Source of the DNA: Thecamonas trahens ATCC 50062 | Taxonomy: Eukaryota > Protista > Apusomonadida | DNA: 64,000 nucleotides | Assembly: GCF_000142905.1 (NCBI RefSeq) | Contig: NW_013657647.1 | Span: 124,001-188,000 of the forward strand | Direction of reading: 5' to 3' | In this document: piece by piece, positions 31,557 through 41,954 of the stretch | Position numbering within the stretch: the stretch's first letter is position 1 | Layout of the letters: each line of letters starts with the position of its first letter | Translations under genes and position numbers: made by a program | The notes under the pieces: generated by a model | Databases searched by the model: none | What the model was told of the DNA's origin: nothing | What the model saw: the letters and a program-made list of their open reading frames with translations, nothing else

Positions 31557-34500
31557 ATGGCGCGGGTCCTCCTCGACTGGATCCCGTTCAACGAGATTCG
31601 GCATGTCAAGCTTGTGGGACAGGGCTCGTTTGGCAAGGTGTTCCGTGCAGAGTGGCATGGTAATGATGTGGCTATCAAGATTCCCCGGTCACGGAGAGAC
31701 CAAGAGGATCTGTTTCGAGAACTGCAGCTGCTGATGGACATCAATCATCGGAATGTCATCACCATTCATGGCATGACTAACACTACGGTGCATGGTGAAC
31801 CAAAGATTGGTGTTGTCATGGACTATCTCGCTTTTCAGCTAGGTGATCTCATTCGTGACGTCGATCCGGTCAAGGTGGCCAAGGGTATCGCGCGTGGCAT
31901 GCGCTACCTCCACTCGCACAACGTTCTCCATCGCGATCTTAAGCCCGACAACATCCTTCTTGATCGCCAGGGCAACCCACGGATCACAGACTTTGGCCTC
32001 GCCCGCTTCCTCAACGGATCAACGCCCGTCGACGTACTCAACCTCTCGTTTGGCACGGGAACAGACGGGTACATGGCGCCCGAGGTCGACTCGCCCTCGG
32101 CTGATGGCTACTCCTTTCCGGCAGACGTCTACTCGTACGGCAAGCTCATCGAGCTTCTCTACCGCAAAAACCTCTCGGCCCCGCGCATTCTCAAGCGCCT
32201 TGCTGCTGCTTGCTGTGAGGTGAATCCGGCAAAACGGCCTTCGTTCAACCGCATTTGCCGCAAGCTCCGCCCGCTCCGCGAGCTCAACCTGCCCGAGTTC
32301 CAGTTCTCCTCGCAGTCGTCCATGTCCGACTCGGACGACATTCCGTCCGGCGGCTCGGCCACCTCATCCACCACCAACCGCTCGGCTTCAGGCTCGTCGT
32401 CGTCCAACTCGTCGACGTCCGCATCTACTTCTTCCTCTTCTTCTTTCTCTTCCTCTTCCTCCACCCCTATCTGCGACGGCGCGACGTCCTCCTCCTCTTC
32501 ATTGTCATCCATTTCCCAACCGATTCACCGACGCGTCCGCCGTGCCACTGGCTCGTCGGCTTCGAACCGCTCAAGCTCGCACCGGACAGGCTTTATTGCC
32601 CGCCGCGATCTTCTCGAGTCCGAGTCGCAGTCCTCGCTTGTCACCGACGACCTTGTCATTACCCCGCGCCACCTACACACCGCCTCGCCGCTCGCCTTCC
32701 GCGCCCCGCCTGCCGCCTCGCCCCCTGTGGCCAACCCAGATGCTCTCCCGCAGACCTCGCGCGCGCAAGGCTCTTCGCCTCTCGCCACGGCCCGCCTCGC
32801 TCCGTCTGGCCAGTCTACCTCCATGGTCACTCTCTCTTCTGCTCAACTCCGCTATCCAAGCCTGGCCTCGATCGACGTCGGCTCGTCGTCGGAAACTGCG
32901 CTACCGGCCTCCGCTCGCTCGTCGGTGGCCTCGGAAGAGCAGGTCCCCCTCCACACCTCGTCGTCGGTTGCGTCACTGGCCGTTGACAAACCCCTCTTGG
33001 GGCCCTCGCTCGACAACCAGCCGCACTCGGCTCGCCCGGGCCTCGCTCCGCCGCCGCTCGCCCCGATGCCGGCTGTCGAGCCCGAGTCGCCGTGCTCGCC
33101 TTTTTCGCCATTTACGCCACACGCCGCTGCCGTCGAGGCCCAAACCCAGGCCTTCGTTCAGCACCACTCGTCGAGCACTACACTTGGCACGATGACCACC
33201 TCGAGCAACAACACCCCGACTTCGCCCAACTTTCCACATGCCACCGGTATCCGCTCCCAAAGCGTCGCGCCGCGCGAGCCGGGCGCCGACGTTGATGACC
33301 GCTCAAAAGCAGCACTCTACTCGGGTAGCGCTGTGAACGACGGCCGCGCGGCCTCGCTCGAGCCTGGCCGCCGTCGCCGCGCGGCCTCGCTCGCCCACTC
33401 ACAACGGCCAGAGATACACATCTCGCCGCTGCCACTGCGGCCAAAGTCGGTGCTTTCGTCGTCGTCGTCAGACATAACGCTCGACCTCCGCATCGACCCA
33501 AGCCCAAAGCCGCTGTCGAACGCGCCGTATGACGTCGAGCGCCACCCGTCCATGCCACCAGCCAACCTTCCGCCGCTTCATTCGCCACCGAGCCGCTCCG
33601 TCACCCGCTCGTCGCCGCACCGGACTCTGCTCTTGGGAAACTCGTCGTCGTGTAACCTGTGCACGGTCTCATCGACATCCACCTCCTCGGAGGACTCTTC
33701 TTCACCTCTTCTGCGTCGCTCGGCTCTGCATGCCGCGCCTGCGTCCCTGTCGTCGTCTTCTTCGTCGTCGTCTTCCACCTCCTCGTCGGCCTCGCCGTCG
33801 GGCCGTCGCTCGGCCGAGCCGTCGGATCGCCGCCACCGTGGCGACCGTACCGGCCGCCGCACCTCCTTTGCCGTCTCAGGCACTACAGCCAACTCGCGCG
33901 GCTGCAGCCCACATGCTCGTGTGGCAAAGTTGGCCCTCGTATCCGGCGTCTCTGGTGGTGACATCTCGCTGCGGAAGCACCGCTCGCCCCACCGCTCTGA
34001 CCGCCCGCGTACCAGGCACGCTGTGTCTTCAACCACCAAGAGCACGTCCAAGCGCAAGAACCGTCACCATGCCCATCGACGCCGCAAGCACCGTCGACGC
34101 TCGCGCTCACGGCACCGCTCGTCAAGCCCGTCTCGCCATGCTCACGAGGAGCACACGCCGTCACCGCGGACGCCCAAGGCTGAGCACACACGAAAGACAC
34201 CGGCCACGACATCCAAGGTGGCGCGCCGCCCCACGTCGCGGCAATACAGCAAGGACCGCAGGGGCTCTCCGCGCGACCGCCGCGCTCGCCGCGGCCACAA
34301 CCGTCGCCACCGCGGCCGCCACGGTCGCAACCGGGACCGGGACCGCGACCGGAACCGCAACCACACCCGTGACCGGGACCATGACCACGCCCGCGACCGG
34401 GGCCGAGATCGAAACCGGAACCGTAATCGCCACTCGCGCATGCGCGGCGACCACAGTCGCGATTGCATCCGTAGCAAGACCCGCGGCCAGCATCACGCTG

Positions 34501-35909
34501 GTCGTGACCGCGACCGCGACCGCAGAATGCACGCCCACGGCCACAAGAACCGCGATCGTGATCGCGGTCGTGATCGCGACTATGCCCGTGGCCGCACACG
34601 GGGCAAGGACAAGGCTAGGGCCAAGACCAAGGCCAGGGCTGATGTACGCCACCGCGACGCCAAGTGCGACCGCTCGCCGTGTAAGCAGTCTGCAAGTCCG
34701 AGACACAGGCTCCACAGCCTCGTGCCCGCAAGATCGCCGTCCCCCGGCTCGGCCTCATCATCGCTCTCTATCCAAACGCAGACGCTTAACCGCTCACGCT
34801 CAACCGCCATCGTCGCCGCCGGACGCAAGTTTTCCTGCCTAGGCAGCCCGCAGGCGAGCCAAACGCAGGTAATGGCGACCGCCACGTCAACGTCTGCAGT
34901 ATCAGTAGTTCTGCGACCTGGCCTCCGTGGATCCAGCATCGGCCCTGACGCGAGCCAGCGCGACACCTCGGGTGGCGACAGGCGGAGGAAAAGGGATACC
35001 CACGACTACAAGCGATCCCAGACAAGCGATGTGGACGAGCAGCTGGTCCTACCCCACACGTCAACGACTCGGAGCTCGCAGCCGAAGGGAAAGGCCAAGG
35101 GCAAGGTCAAGGCCAAGGGCAAGGCCAAGGCCAAGGGTAAGGCCAAGGGTAAGGCCAAGGCCAAGAGTAGGGTCAAGCGACGCGGTCGGACACCCAAGGC
35201 CAAGGGCAAGGCCGTGGCCAAGGGCAAGGGTAAGGCGCGCGAGTCGCGGAAACGCAATGGTCTGGTCAAGAGCAGCTTGTCGCGTCGATCGGCGACGCAC
35301 CGGATGCGGCGGCCGTCCGAACTCAACGAGATTGAGCGGAGCAACAAGGCGTTCGTGGACCTGCACCTTCGGGACAACAGCTTTGCAGCTGCGTCGTCAC
35401 CAGTGCTGACAGTGGATAAGGTGGTTTTCCAGCGGACCAAGAAGGCGTGTGATGGGTCGGACGATGAGAGCTCGTCGGACCACGTCTCGCTCGACGTGAC
35501 CAAGGCCGCTGCAGCGCTTCAGTCGTCGTCGTTCTCGGCCGACGAAGAGCCGCCGCGGCCGGCGCTGTCACCGGAAGTGCAGATTGTCGCCGAGTGGCTC
35601 GCCGAGTGGGAGCCGCAGCAGTACGGCTTTGTCCTTACTACCTTTATCTCACCAACAACACTCGCCACGCTGGCGGCTGAGATCAACGCACGGCGGGCAA
35701 CGCCCGAGAAGCTGGCCACCCGCGAGCTTGAGCGCAACGCTGTGCTCGCGCAGAACATGTTCCCGATTCCGGTCTGGCACCGCATCCTCGACTTTCTTGA
35801 CGAGCCGCGCGACCGCGCTGCAGCCGCGCAGGCCTGCTCGCTCTTCCGCTCGCTCACAAGTGGGACCGCATCGCCCGGTGAGGAATCGGACTTTTCCGAC
35901 GTCGACTAG
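31557..35909 (+). CDS. TKL-family protein kinase with a long Ser/Arg-rich linker and a C-terminal F-box-like motif
   Basis: GQGSFGKV, VAIK, HRDLKPDNIL, DFGLAR, GTDGYMAPE, DVYSYG (intact catalytic motifs). C-terminal MFPIPVWHRILDFLDEPRDRAAAAQACSLFR resembles the F-box consensus. Confidence 0.85.
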   Translation: MARVLLDWIPFNEIRHVKLVGQGSFGKVFRAEWHGNDVAIKIPRSRRDQEDLFRELQLLMDINHRNVITIHGMTNTTVHGEPKIGVVMDYLAFQLGDLIRDVDPVKVAKGIARGMRYLHSHNVLHRDLKPDNILLDRQGNPRITDFGLARFLNGSTPVDVLNLSFGTGTDGYMAPEVDSPSADGYSFPADVYSYGKLIELLYRKNLSAPRILKRLAAACCEVNPAKRPSFNRICRKLRPLRELNLPEFQFSSQSSMSDSDDIPSGGSATSSTTNRSASGSSSSNSSTSASTSSSSSFSSSSSTPICDGATSSSSSLSSISQPIHRRVRRATGSSASNRSSSHRTGFIARRDLLESESQSSLVTDDLVITPRHLHTASPLAFRAPPAASPPVANPDALPQTSRAQGSSPLATARLAPSGQSTSMVTLSSAQLRYPSLASIDVGSSSETALPASARSSVASEEQVPLHTSSSVASLAVDKPLLGPSLDNQPHSARPGLAPPPLAPMPAVEPESPCSPFSPFTPHAAAVEAQTQAFVQHHSSSTTLGTMTTSSNNTPTSPNFPHATGIRSQSVAPREPGADVDDRSKAALYSGSAVNDGRAASLEPGRRRRAASLAHSQRPEIHISPLPLRPKSVLSSSSSDITLDLRIDPSPKPLSNAPYDVERHPSMPPANLPPLHSPPSRSVTRSSPHRTLLLGNSSSCNLCTVSSTSTSSEDSSSPLLRRSALHAAPASLSSSSSSSSSTSSSASPSGRRSAEPSDRRHRGDRTGRRTSFAVSGTTANSRGCSPHARVAKLALVSGVSGGDISLRKHRSPHRSDRPRTRHAVSSTTKSTSKRKNRHHAHRRRKHRRRSRSRHRSSSPSRHAHEEHTPSPRTPKAEHTRKTPATTSKVARRPTSRQYSKDRRGSPRDRRARRGHNRRHRGRHGRNRDRDRDRNRNHTRDRDHDHARDRGRDRNRNRNRHSRMRGDHSRDCIRSKTRGQHHAGRDRDRDRRMHAHGHKNRDRDRGRDRDYARGRTRGKDKARAKTKARADVRHRDAKCDRSPCKQSASPRHRLHSLVPARSPSPGSASSSLSIQTQTLNRSRSTAIVAAGRKFSCLGSPQASQTQVMATATSTSAVSVVLRPGLRGSSIGPDASQRDTSGGDRRRKRDTHDYKRSQTSDVDEQLVLPHTSTTRSSQPKGKAKGKVKAKGKAKAKGKAKGKAKAKSRVKRRGRTPKAKGKAVAKGKGKARESRKRNGLVKSSLSRRSATHRMRRPSELNEIERSNKAFVDLHLRDNSFAAASSPVLTVDKVVFQRTKKACDGSDDESSSDHVSLDVTKAAAALQSSSFSADEEPPRPALSPEVQIVAEWLAEWEPQQYGFVLTTFISPTTLATLAAEINARRATPEKLATRELERNAVLAQNMFPIPVWHRILDFLDEPRDRAAAAQACSLFRSLTSGTASPGEESDFSDVD

Positions 35910-35932
35910 CCGCCACGATGACCGTGGCAGAG

Positions 35933-37090
35933 CTACATGAAGCCCGGCGGTGGGCGCGGTTGGACCGGCGAGCCGAGCATGGTACCGCCGGCCTGCGATT
36001 GCTGCATCATCTGCGAGAGCGTGTGGATCTGCGTCCGCAGCTGGACATTGGCGGTAAAGAGCTCGTTGACCGTTCGCTGCTCCTGGATGAGGATGGGCAA
36101 CAGGTCGCGCATCTGAACGGTCTCGTCGTCGTAAACGCAAAAGACTTCGGGGTGCGAGGAGACAAAGTCCCAGACACCCGCACCAAAGCCGTGGTGAGCA
36201 ACCAGGTCGGCGCGTGAGGTTCGGCCCGACGCAAGCAGTGTGGCGACAACCTTGGCAAAGTTGATCCGCTCGCCCGAAGCGGCCGCGGCGTCGGCAGCGT
36301 CGGCAACGGTAGCGGCGACAGCGGCCGACGGAGCAGCAGACGTTGGTTGCGCGGCAGAGGCAGCAGGGTCCGGACGGACTAGCGAGGCGGCAAAGACGTC
36401 GTCGCGGCGCTCCATAATGTCGAGGACCTCCTGCGGGGCTTGGGCGCGGACGTAGACAAACTCAGAGTCGTCGACGGCGATGACGCGCGAGACGTAGGGA
36501 AGGAGGATAAAGCGCTTGAGCGAGCGGAACTTGCGCTTGATAAAGTCCTTGTCGCGGTGCGGGAGCTTGCCCCACACATCGTCGAGGGTGAGGCAAGGGC
36601 GGTCGCCGTCGTCAGAGGGCGGCGAGTCGAGGAGGATGGTGCGGATGCGCTTGGTCAGCTTCTCCATGGTCGTCCGAGTTGCCGAGTCACCAGCTGACGT
36701 CACCATCTCATCCTTGAGCTTGAACTTGCGACGGGCAGCTGGGCGGGAGAGAAAGGCGTCCATTGAGCCGTACTCGTTGTCGACGTACTCGGACATAGTA
36801 GCGTCAAGCGACGAGGCAAGCGAGCCCACATGAGCGATGCCACCCAGCCGCTTGAGCTTGTCACCCAGCAGCTCGAGGAGATTGCCCTCGACAACATCCT
36901 TGCCAGGCGACCTCGCCAGCGAGACAAACTTGCCACGGAGAACGAATGTGCCCGAGAGAGCCAACATGGCCACGTACGCCCTCTGCGACAAGCCTGCGCA
37001 AGTCTCAGGCGAGAGGTCGGTCATGAGCTTGAAAATGGTCAGCTCGTTGCCTCCAGCCTTGGCAAACGACGCCGCAGCAGCCTCGATGAT
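35933..37090 (-). CDS. Protein with tandem winged-helix (LOTUS/OST-HTH- or Egalitarian-like) repeats and a C-terminal coiled coil; first exon probably lies in the gap
   Basis: Repeats ending YGSMDAFLSRP..F, FRSLKRFILLP..VI and GVWDFVSSHPEVF. Pyrimidine tract plus AG acceptor at 37091-37092 (minus strand), in frame with the ORF. Confidence 0.45.
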   Translation of the reverse strand: MIEAAAASFAKAGGNELTIFKLMTDLSPETCAGLSQRAYVAMLALSGTFVLRGKFVSLARSPGKDVVEGNLLELLGDKLKRLGGIAHVGSLASSLDATMSEYVDNEYGSMDAFLSRPAARRKFKLKDEMVTSAGDSATRTTMEKLTKRIRTILLDSPPSDDGDRPCLTLDDVWGKLPHRDKDFIKRKFRSLKRFILLPYVSRVIAVDDSEFVYVRAQAPQEVLDIMERRDDVFAASLVRPDPAASAAQPTSAAPSAAVAATVADAADAAAASGERINFAKVVATLLASGRTSRADLVAHHGFGAGVWDFVSSHPEVFCVYDDETVQMRDLLPILIQEQRTVNELFTANVQLRTQIHTLSQMMQQSQAGGTMLGSPVQPRPPPGFM

Positions 37091-37527
37091 CTACATGGAG
37101 ACGAGGAGGGAGGAGGAGGGGGGGGGGTGAGTGGGGGAGNNNNNNNNNNNNNNNNNNNNNNNNNNNNNNNNNNNNNNNNNNNNNNNNNNNNNNNNNNNNN
37201 NNNNNNNNNNNNNNNNNNNNNNNNNNNNNNNNNNNNNNNNNNNNNNNNNNNNNNNNNNNNNNNNNNNNNNNNNNNNNNNNNNNNNNNNNNNNNNNNNNNN
37301 NNNNNNNNNNNNNNNNNNNNNNNNNNNNNNNNNNNNNNNNNNNNNNNNNNNNNNNNNNNNNNNNNNNNNNNNNNNNNNNNNNNNNNNNNNNNNNNNNNNN
37401 NNNNNNNNNNNNNNNNNNNNNNNNNNNNNNNNNNNNNNNNNNNNNNNNNNNNNNNNNNNNNNNNNNNNNNNNNNNNNNNNNNNNNNNNNNNNNNNNNNNN
37501 NNNNNNNNNNNNNNNNTAAGAGTATGC

Positions 37528-37959
37528 GGTGGTGGTGGTGGTGGTGGTGGTGGTGGTGGTGGTGGTGGTGGTGGTGTGGCTGCCCTGCTGTTGTCGTGTC
37601 GCTCTGTCGCCTTGTCGCTATGTCACTCTGTCGCTTTGTCGCACCCTTCCGCGCGCCCCTCCCCCACCCCCACACCTCCCCCCACCCCCCATACGTATTC
37701 CTCTCCCATCAATCCATACCACACCTCCTTTCTCTCTCTCTATCTTCCTCTCTCTTCCCCCTTCCCTCTTCCCATCCCTTTGATTCCCGGTATCCCGTCC
37801 TCATCGCCCCCATCCATACCCATCCCATTCCCGGTACGCCCCCCATCCCCTCTCCCTCGACGGATTCCCTCCATTCCACACACATTGTTCGTTCACATGG
37901 CATTCACCACTTGACCACATACCCATACCCACACCCCATACCCATACCCATACCCACAC

Positions 37960-37996
<37 letters not shown>

Positions 37997-38010
37997 TCAT
38001 ACCCACATAC
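37528..38010. repeat. (GGT)n at 37528-37576 and (ATACCC)n at about 37919-38010, within a C-rich upstream region
   Basis: Directly visible. Confidence 0.85.
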
Positions 38011-38035
38011 TCCCACTGCTTCTGGTGTGGTGATC

Positions 38036-40327
38036 ATGGCAGGGAGGCAGAGGTCGGACAAGGTCGGCAAGAGGGGCAAGAGGGGCAAGGGGAAGAGCGA
38101 CAGGGGCGACAAGGGCGACAAGGGCAAGGGCGACAAGCGTGGTAAGGGCAACAAGCGTGGTAAGGGCGACAAGGACTACAAGGGCGACAAGAGACGAAGG
38201 AGTGCTGGCAAAGATGGCAAAGGTGGTGGTAAGGGCGACAGGCGCGATGGCCGCAGACAGGGCAAATCGCGCTCTAGGGCTGATGGCAGGGATGGGAGTA
38301 CGCGGCAGGTGGGGAGGGCAAGGTATGCAACGGGATCGTTGAGAGCGCATGGTCGCTCGTCTTCATCCTCCTCTTCCTCCTCTCGCTCGTCGACAGAGTC
38401 ATCGGCATCGCCGAGATCAGAGTCTCGCAAGAAGAGACGCCTGCGGGCGCCGACTTCCAAGGATATGAGCTCGTTGAAGCAGTTTAAGAAGATCGGGCAA
38501 ATCGGCAAGGGTTCGTTTGGAGTGGTGCACAAGGTGATGCATGTGGCGTCGGGCGGAGTGTACACGCTCAAGACCATTCCGCTTGATGGCCTCTCCGAGG
38601 CCGAGTACGACGCATCGCTGACCGAGGCTGAGGCGCTCTCGGTGCTGGACAACGAGTACGTTGTCAAGTACTTTTCATCGTTTCTAGAGGATGGCGATCT
38701 GCACATTGTGATGGAGTACTGTCCCGACGGCAATCTGTTTGAGCTGCTGAAAGACGCCCGGTCGCGGCGGCGGTACCTCTCGGAGCGGCGGGTCTGGTCG
38801 CTCTTTATCCAGCTCGCTCTCGGCCTGCATCACATTCACTCGCTTGGCATCCTGCACCGTGACATGAAGTCGGAGAACGTGTTTCTCTCGTCGTCGGCCT
38901 CCGTCCGCATCGGCGACCTCGGCGTGGCCAAGGTCCTCGAGTCGCCGAGCCAGCTCGCACGGACCTTTGTTGGCACCCCGTACTACCTCTCGCCAGAGCT
39001 CTGTGAGGGCCTCCCATACTCGGCCAAGTCGGACGTCTGGTCGCTCGGCTGCCTCCTCTACGAGCTCTGTACCCTCCGTCCGCCGTTCCACGGCAAGTCG
39101 CGCGGTGCGCTAATGATGAAGATTCTGCGGGGCAAGTTTCCGCCCATCTCGTCCAAGTACTCGTCCGAGCTTACAGCACTGGTCGACAAGCTCCTCGTTC
39201 GCTCGCAGCACCTTCGTCCGTCAGTCCTCGACATTCTGCTTGATCCGGTTGTCGTTGCCAAAGCCCACAAATACGGTATCCACCACGTGGTGCCCGACAA
39301 AGCCACCCCGGCCGCCAAGCGCATCGGCGTTGCTCCGTCCGGCTCAAGCTCGGGCTACGACTCGGGATCAGGCTCCAGCAGCGCCTACAGCTACAGCTAC
39401 AGTTCGAGTCGCCCCTCCACTGTCCGAGCAATGCGGATGCCGAGTGACTCGGGCTCGGGCTCGGAATCTGACTCGAGCTCCGAGTCGACGTTTATGGACG
39501 AGTGGTCGACGCTAGTGGCCAAGCAAGGGCCGTTTGATCCGCGTGCCCCGCGCCAAGCCGTCTTTACAACCTCGGACGACGGCTCGCTCGACCCGGACCT
39601 GCAGCGGACTGTCCGCCGCGAGCGGGCCGCGCGGTCGACAGTTGTCCACATTGACGGTAAGGCCAAGAGCAAGGTCAAGAACAAGAGTAAGAGGAAGGGT
39701 AAGAGGAAGGGTAAGAGCAAGGGCAAGGGCAACAAGCTGGGCAAGTCGCGGTCAAATGCGTCGTTCCGGGCGAGGGCGGCGCGGTACAAGCACCGCGGCA
39801 AGTCGAAGCGGGTTCGCGGCCGCGGACGGAAGTCATCATCGGCAGCATCGTACGAGTATGTGTACAGCGAGGAGTCGGGAAGAGGCGATGGAAAGGAGGC
39901 CGCGGGTGGATCCGAGTCGGCGTCGGAGCGGACCCTCCTTGTGCAGCAAATTGTGCTCCATCAGCAGGAGCTGGTCGACAAGATGGACGCCGAGCGCGGG
40001 GCAGCGGTTGACGACCTGAGTGGCGACGTCGAGCTGTTCGACGAGCTGTTTGAGTTTTACAAGGAGCTGGCCAAGGACGATGACAAGGTTCACCGCAAGG
40101 CACAGCGCGGCAAGCTCTCGCAAGCCCGCATCGAAGAGCTTGACAACAAGCACGCCCAGATGATCGAGGACTTTGTCCTCTCCCGCATCTCCGAAGACCA
40201 GTACCCGGCCATCCAGCACATCTACCGCATTCTCTTCCTCCGCGAAGAGTTCAAAGAGGGCAAGAAGTTGCTCTTTCAGCTGCTTCACACTGGCGAGACT
40301 CGGTCGTCGTCGTCATCGTCATCGTAG
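38036..40327 (+). CDS. NIMA-related (NEK) Ser/Thr kinase
   Basis: IGKGSFGVV, LHIVMEYC, LALGLHHIHSLGILHRDMKSENVFL, IGDLGVAKVL, TFVGTPYYLSPELCEGLPYSAKSDVWSLGCLLYELCTL. Confidence 0.93.
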   Translation: MAGRQRSDKVGKRGKRGKGKSDRGDKGDKGKGDKRGKGNKRGKGDKDYKGDKRRRSAGKDGKGGGKGDRRDGRRQGKSRSRADGRDGSTRQVGRARYATGSLRAHGRSSSSSSSSSRSSTESSASPRSESRKKRRLRAPTSKDMSSLKQFKKIGQIGKGSFGVVHKVMHVASGGVYTLKTIPLDGLSEAEYDASLTEAEALSVLDNEYVVKYFSSFLEDGDLHIVMEYCPDGNLFELLKDARSRRRYLSERRVWSLFIQLALGLHHIHSLGILHRDMKSENVFLSSSASVRIGDLGVAKVLESPSQLARTFVGTPYYLSPELCEGLPYSAKSDVWSLGCLLYELCTLRPPFHGKSRGALMMKILRGKFPPISSKYSSELTALVDKLLVRSQHLRPSVLDILLDPVVVAKAHKYGIHHVVPDKATPAAKRIGVAPSGSSSGYDSGSGSSSAYSYSYSSSRPSTVRAMRMPSDSGSGSESDSSSESTFMDEWSTLVAKQGPFDPRAPRQAVFTTSDDGSLDPDLQRTVRRERAARSTVVHIDGKAKSKVKNKSKRKGKRKGKSKGKGNKLGKSRSNASFRARAARYKHRGKSKRVRGRGRKSSSAASYEYVYSEESGRGDGKEAAGGSESASERTLLVQQIVLHQQELVDKMDAERGAAVDDLSGDVELFDELFEFYKELAKDDDKVHRKAQRGKLSQARIEELDNKHAQMIEDFVLSRISEDQYPAIQHIYRILFLREEFKEGKKLLFQLLHTGETRSSSSSSS

Positions 40328-40349
40328 CGCAGCGGTCACGCCGAGCAGC

Positions 40350-41954
40350 CTATGCGTACGCCTCGTTGCGAATGTAGAGGTCGCCGTACAGCTCAAAGCC
40401 ACAGAGGAGAAGAAAGTTGCGGCGCGACGAGTTGTGGCCCGACTGGAGGATGCGGAAGTAGCGGTACGGGGTAGAGACGTCGTCGATGGGCCATGTGGCG
40501 GTGTCAAACGGCCCGTTGAGCGACGAGTCGTTCACGTGGCGGCGGAGGACCGACCAGGTCACGCCGTCGGTCGAGCCTTGAAGATCCCAGTTGCGGAGCG
40601 AGTCAGCTTTGTAGTTGCCGCCGTGTCGGAGCGAGTAGTGGGTGGGCACTACCGAGTAGTCGTGGCCGAGGTCCCAGGTGATCCACGATGCGGGGACGTC
40701 CTTGGTCCACGTCTGGACCGGGTCGAGGGCAACAAAGGCGGCAACCTCACCTTTTTCCAGCGACGAGACGGTGATCTGGATGCGCGGGCGGACACCCGGC
40801 AGCTGCGGCAGTGCGGGGTTGGTCCACGGCCCGCGCCCGCGATCGGTGGCGATCCAGTGGATGACCCCGCCGCCATCAAAGTCGGCCTTGTACCGCAGCG
40901 TGATGGAGTACGGCGGACGGCGGGTGTGCCGCAGTCGGCACTTGGCATCAGCGGTCGCCGGAAGACCAGCAAGTACGTCCGAGACACTGCCGTCGTCACC
41001 GCTGGCCGCAGCGTCACCGGCGTCAGATGCGTCAGCATCGTCTGCACCGCCGTTGGTTCCATCGGTGCCTGCCGTACTCGCTGGCCCGCTGCGTGGTGCA
41101 CCCTCGTGGCGGCGGAGCCGTGCCATGAGGCCCTCGACAAGCAGGGCCTGCGGCACGAGCGGGTTGGCCTGTGCCTCGACCAGAAGCTCGTACGGCATAA
41201 ATGGGTAGCGAATAGTCTCGTAGAGGGCAACGACAGCATCCTGTGGAACGGGGACGCCAGCAGCATCGCGAGCGGAAATGTACGCACCGATGGCGTCAAA
41301 GACTGTCTTCTCCGACTTGACAGCCAGCCATGGATCCTCCATGATGTCGAGGAATAGGTCTGGCGGGAGGAAGGAGAGATCCGCGTCTGCGAGGATGTGA
41401 AAGTTCTTTGAGACGGTACGGAGACAGAGCGGAAGGATGGAAGACTGCGCATGGAGAATAGCTTGCTTGAGGAAGGCCAGGACCGAGTCTACATCGATAG
41501 CCTTTGCCAGATGAAGAAGAACCTTTGCCCGAAGCGGTTCGATGAGGAGCAAGTCGGCCATAGCCAACAGCGCCATGGCATTGTCCTCTTCCACAGCCAC
41601 ATCACCCTCATAGAGAAAGCGGAGAACAAGCGGAAAGACACCACCATCATCATCATCATCATCATGATCATCAACATCATCATCATTGTCATGATCATCA
41701 ACATCATCATCATCACCCTCATCATCATGGCCGCCATCGCCACATCCCAGGTGAACCACACGAGTTTGTGCTTCTGTAAAGGACGAGGCAAACGAAGTGG
41801 CAAAGAACTCGGAGCCCTTTGCCAGAATGAGTCGATGGACCTTGTACCGCCGCCTGCCCACCACCACTTCAGCGTCTGCATGCTCGCCTGTCCGGAGTAC
41901 CTGTCCGAATCCACGTCGGAAGACCCGTACCGACACGTCGACCTCGCTCTCCAT
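40350..41954 (-). CDS. BTB/POZ-BACK protein with a C-terminal HECTD1-type discoidin/galactose-binding-like domain (Cullin-3 adaptor)
   Basis: HADAEVVVG..YKVHRLILAKGSEFF (BTB); LAVKSEKTVFDAI..IRYPFM (BACK); DFDGGGVIHWIAT..WTNPA..PTHYSLRHG..LRNWDLQGS..YRYFRI..GFELYG. Confidence 0.9.
   Translation of the reverse strand: MESEVDVSVRVFRRGFGQVLRTGEHADAEVVVGRRRYKVHRLILAKGSEFFATSFASSFTEAQTRVVHLGCGDGGHDDEGDDDDVDDHDNDDDVDDHDDDDDDGGVFPLVLRFLYEGDVAVEEDNAMALLAMADLLLIEPLRAKVLLHLAKAIDVDSVLAFLKQAILHAQSSILPLCLRTVSKNFHILADADLSFLPPDLFLDIMEDPWLAVKSEKTVFDAIGAYISARDAAGVPVPQDAVVALYETIRYPFMPYELLVEAQANPLVPQALLVEGLMARLRRHEGAPRSGPASTAGTDGTNGGADDADASDAGDAAASGDDGSVSDVLAGLPATADAKCRLRHTRRPPYSITLRYKADFDGGGVIHWIATDRGRGPWTNPALPQLPGVRPRIQITVSSLEKGEVAAFVALDPVQTWTKDVPASWITWDLGHDYSVVPTHYSLRHGGNYKADSLRNWDLQGSTDGVTWSVLRRHVNDSSLNGPFDTATWPIDDVSTPYRYFRILQSGHNSSRRNFLLLCGFELYGDLYIRNEAYA

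Noticed and set aside
30813-31744. ORFs spanning N-gaps (also 37091-38033, 43934-45031, 54200-54677)
   Set aside because: Artefacts of translating through unknown bases.
37919-38010. (ATACCC)n as an interstitial telomere
   Set aside because: The unit differs from TTAGGG-type repeats and the array is short and imperfect; ordinary microsatellite.
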